Made by a program: the position numbers and the translations under genes. This document shows, piece after piece, positions 63,281-64,000 of a stretch of 64,000 bases of DNA. Source of the DNA: Gnetum montanum (taxonomy: Eukaryota; Plantae; Gnetophyta); NCBI GenBank assembly GCA_015680685.1, contig MNCI01000415.1, positions 176,799-240,798 of the forward strand, read 5' to 3'. Each line of letters opens with the position of its first letter. The stretch's first letter is position 1. The notes beneath the pieces were generated by a model. It ran no database searches. It was not told the DNA's origin and saw only the letters and a program-made list of their open reading frames with translations.

Positions 63281-64000
63281 AGTTAGGAGAAAATCATGCT
63301 AATATTGGCATGTGTCTTTACACATTTTACAAATATTTCTTTCATAAGTCTCAATTAAAAATTAAAGCTAAGGTCTTCATACTATAGGAGCATCATACAA
63401 TTGTCATTTTATTTTAATTAGTTTGTTTAGGATTTTAATTTTCAAATATCATCACCCACCATGTATAAAGCCTTAGTAATTTTTAAACATAGGAGGTGGT
63501 AGTATGAAAATAATTCAACATCCTTCTTCGTGTACGCGTTGGTGGTGGCGGCAGCCAATTCTTGTAAGCTTGTGTAAATAAATTATCTGTATTTGCATTT
63601 TTTTGTACCTTATTGTCTTCAAGCTCAACGTACTCATAAATTGTTGTTGTGCTGATTATAGGTGAAGGTGACAGTTGCAAGAATGGCAGAGAGTAATCAG
63701 CTGGCTGGACGTTACTGTTGGCTTGCTTCTTTCCTTCTTTCCTTCTACACAAAACCCATAAAAATGGACACATGTTCTAACCCATTCCTAGTGCTGACTC
63801 CTACAATCGTGGTTTTATGGACATAGCTATGCGACCAGAGTTAATGTACAACACCGACCCTGACCTCTTCTTGTTTTCTGTAGTCTGTCTCATGCCGATG
63901 TCTTGAATCTAAATTTCTTGCTTGCCATTGCAAATTTGATGCAATTCTATTCATTCTTTCGAATCAGAATTCTGTTTATGCTCCCGAATTAAACGTGGAC

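Larger units (their letters stand above)
61825..64000 (-). mobile_element. Younger LTR retrotransposon (3' LTR 63454-61825 plus 3' internal region) inserted in the aRH of copy C; continues beyond the window
   Basis: aRH coding stops abruptly at 61824. Minus-strand termini are TGATGA...TCGTCA, with short purine-rich atggtggg directly before the LTR and TATAAAAA at 63134-63127. Candidate TSD ccttt (61820-61824). CpG is retained. Confidence 0.75.

Overview
This is eukaryotic heterochromatin, most likely from a large-genome land plant. I found no host gene, RNA gene or CRISPR array. The window is a nest of decayed Ty3/gypsy LTR retrotransposons with strong CG/CHG deamination, and the ORF track contains only stop-ridden fragments and N-gap artefacts. 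In order: (1) the 3' part of an Athila-type element (1-5174) inserted into the RT of (2) an old Tekay-like chromovirus pol (5175-~7480). (3) Three diverged copies of one Tat-lineage family (RT-RH-aRH order, tRNA-Asn-type PBS): copy A (+, ~7850-31330), copy B (-, ~31330-44490) and copy C (+, ~44490-61824), plus a solo LTR of that family (31480-33949). (4) A near full-length Athila-type element (14999-28538) inside copy A, itself carrying a solo LTR (22199-22995). (5) Two younger LTR insertions (28739-30164 and 61825-64000). The main candidate for a new system is the Tat family architecture. Protease and RT are separated by an ~8-10 kb intron-like spacer. The spacer carries an antisense 8-exon gene (~1050 codons: FCP1/HAD-like domain without catalytic Asp, ATHILA-ORF1/Transposase_32-like domain, coiled coil) with exon lengths conserved between copies. 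It also carries a ~185-bp-period array of a palindrome whose arms co-vary by subfamily and recur in the matching LTR. All domain calls are motif recognition by eye; no database search was run.
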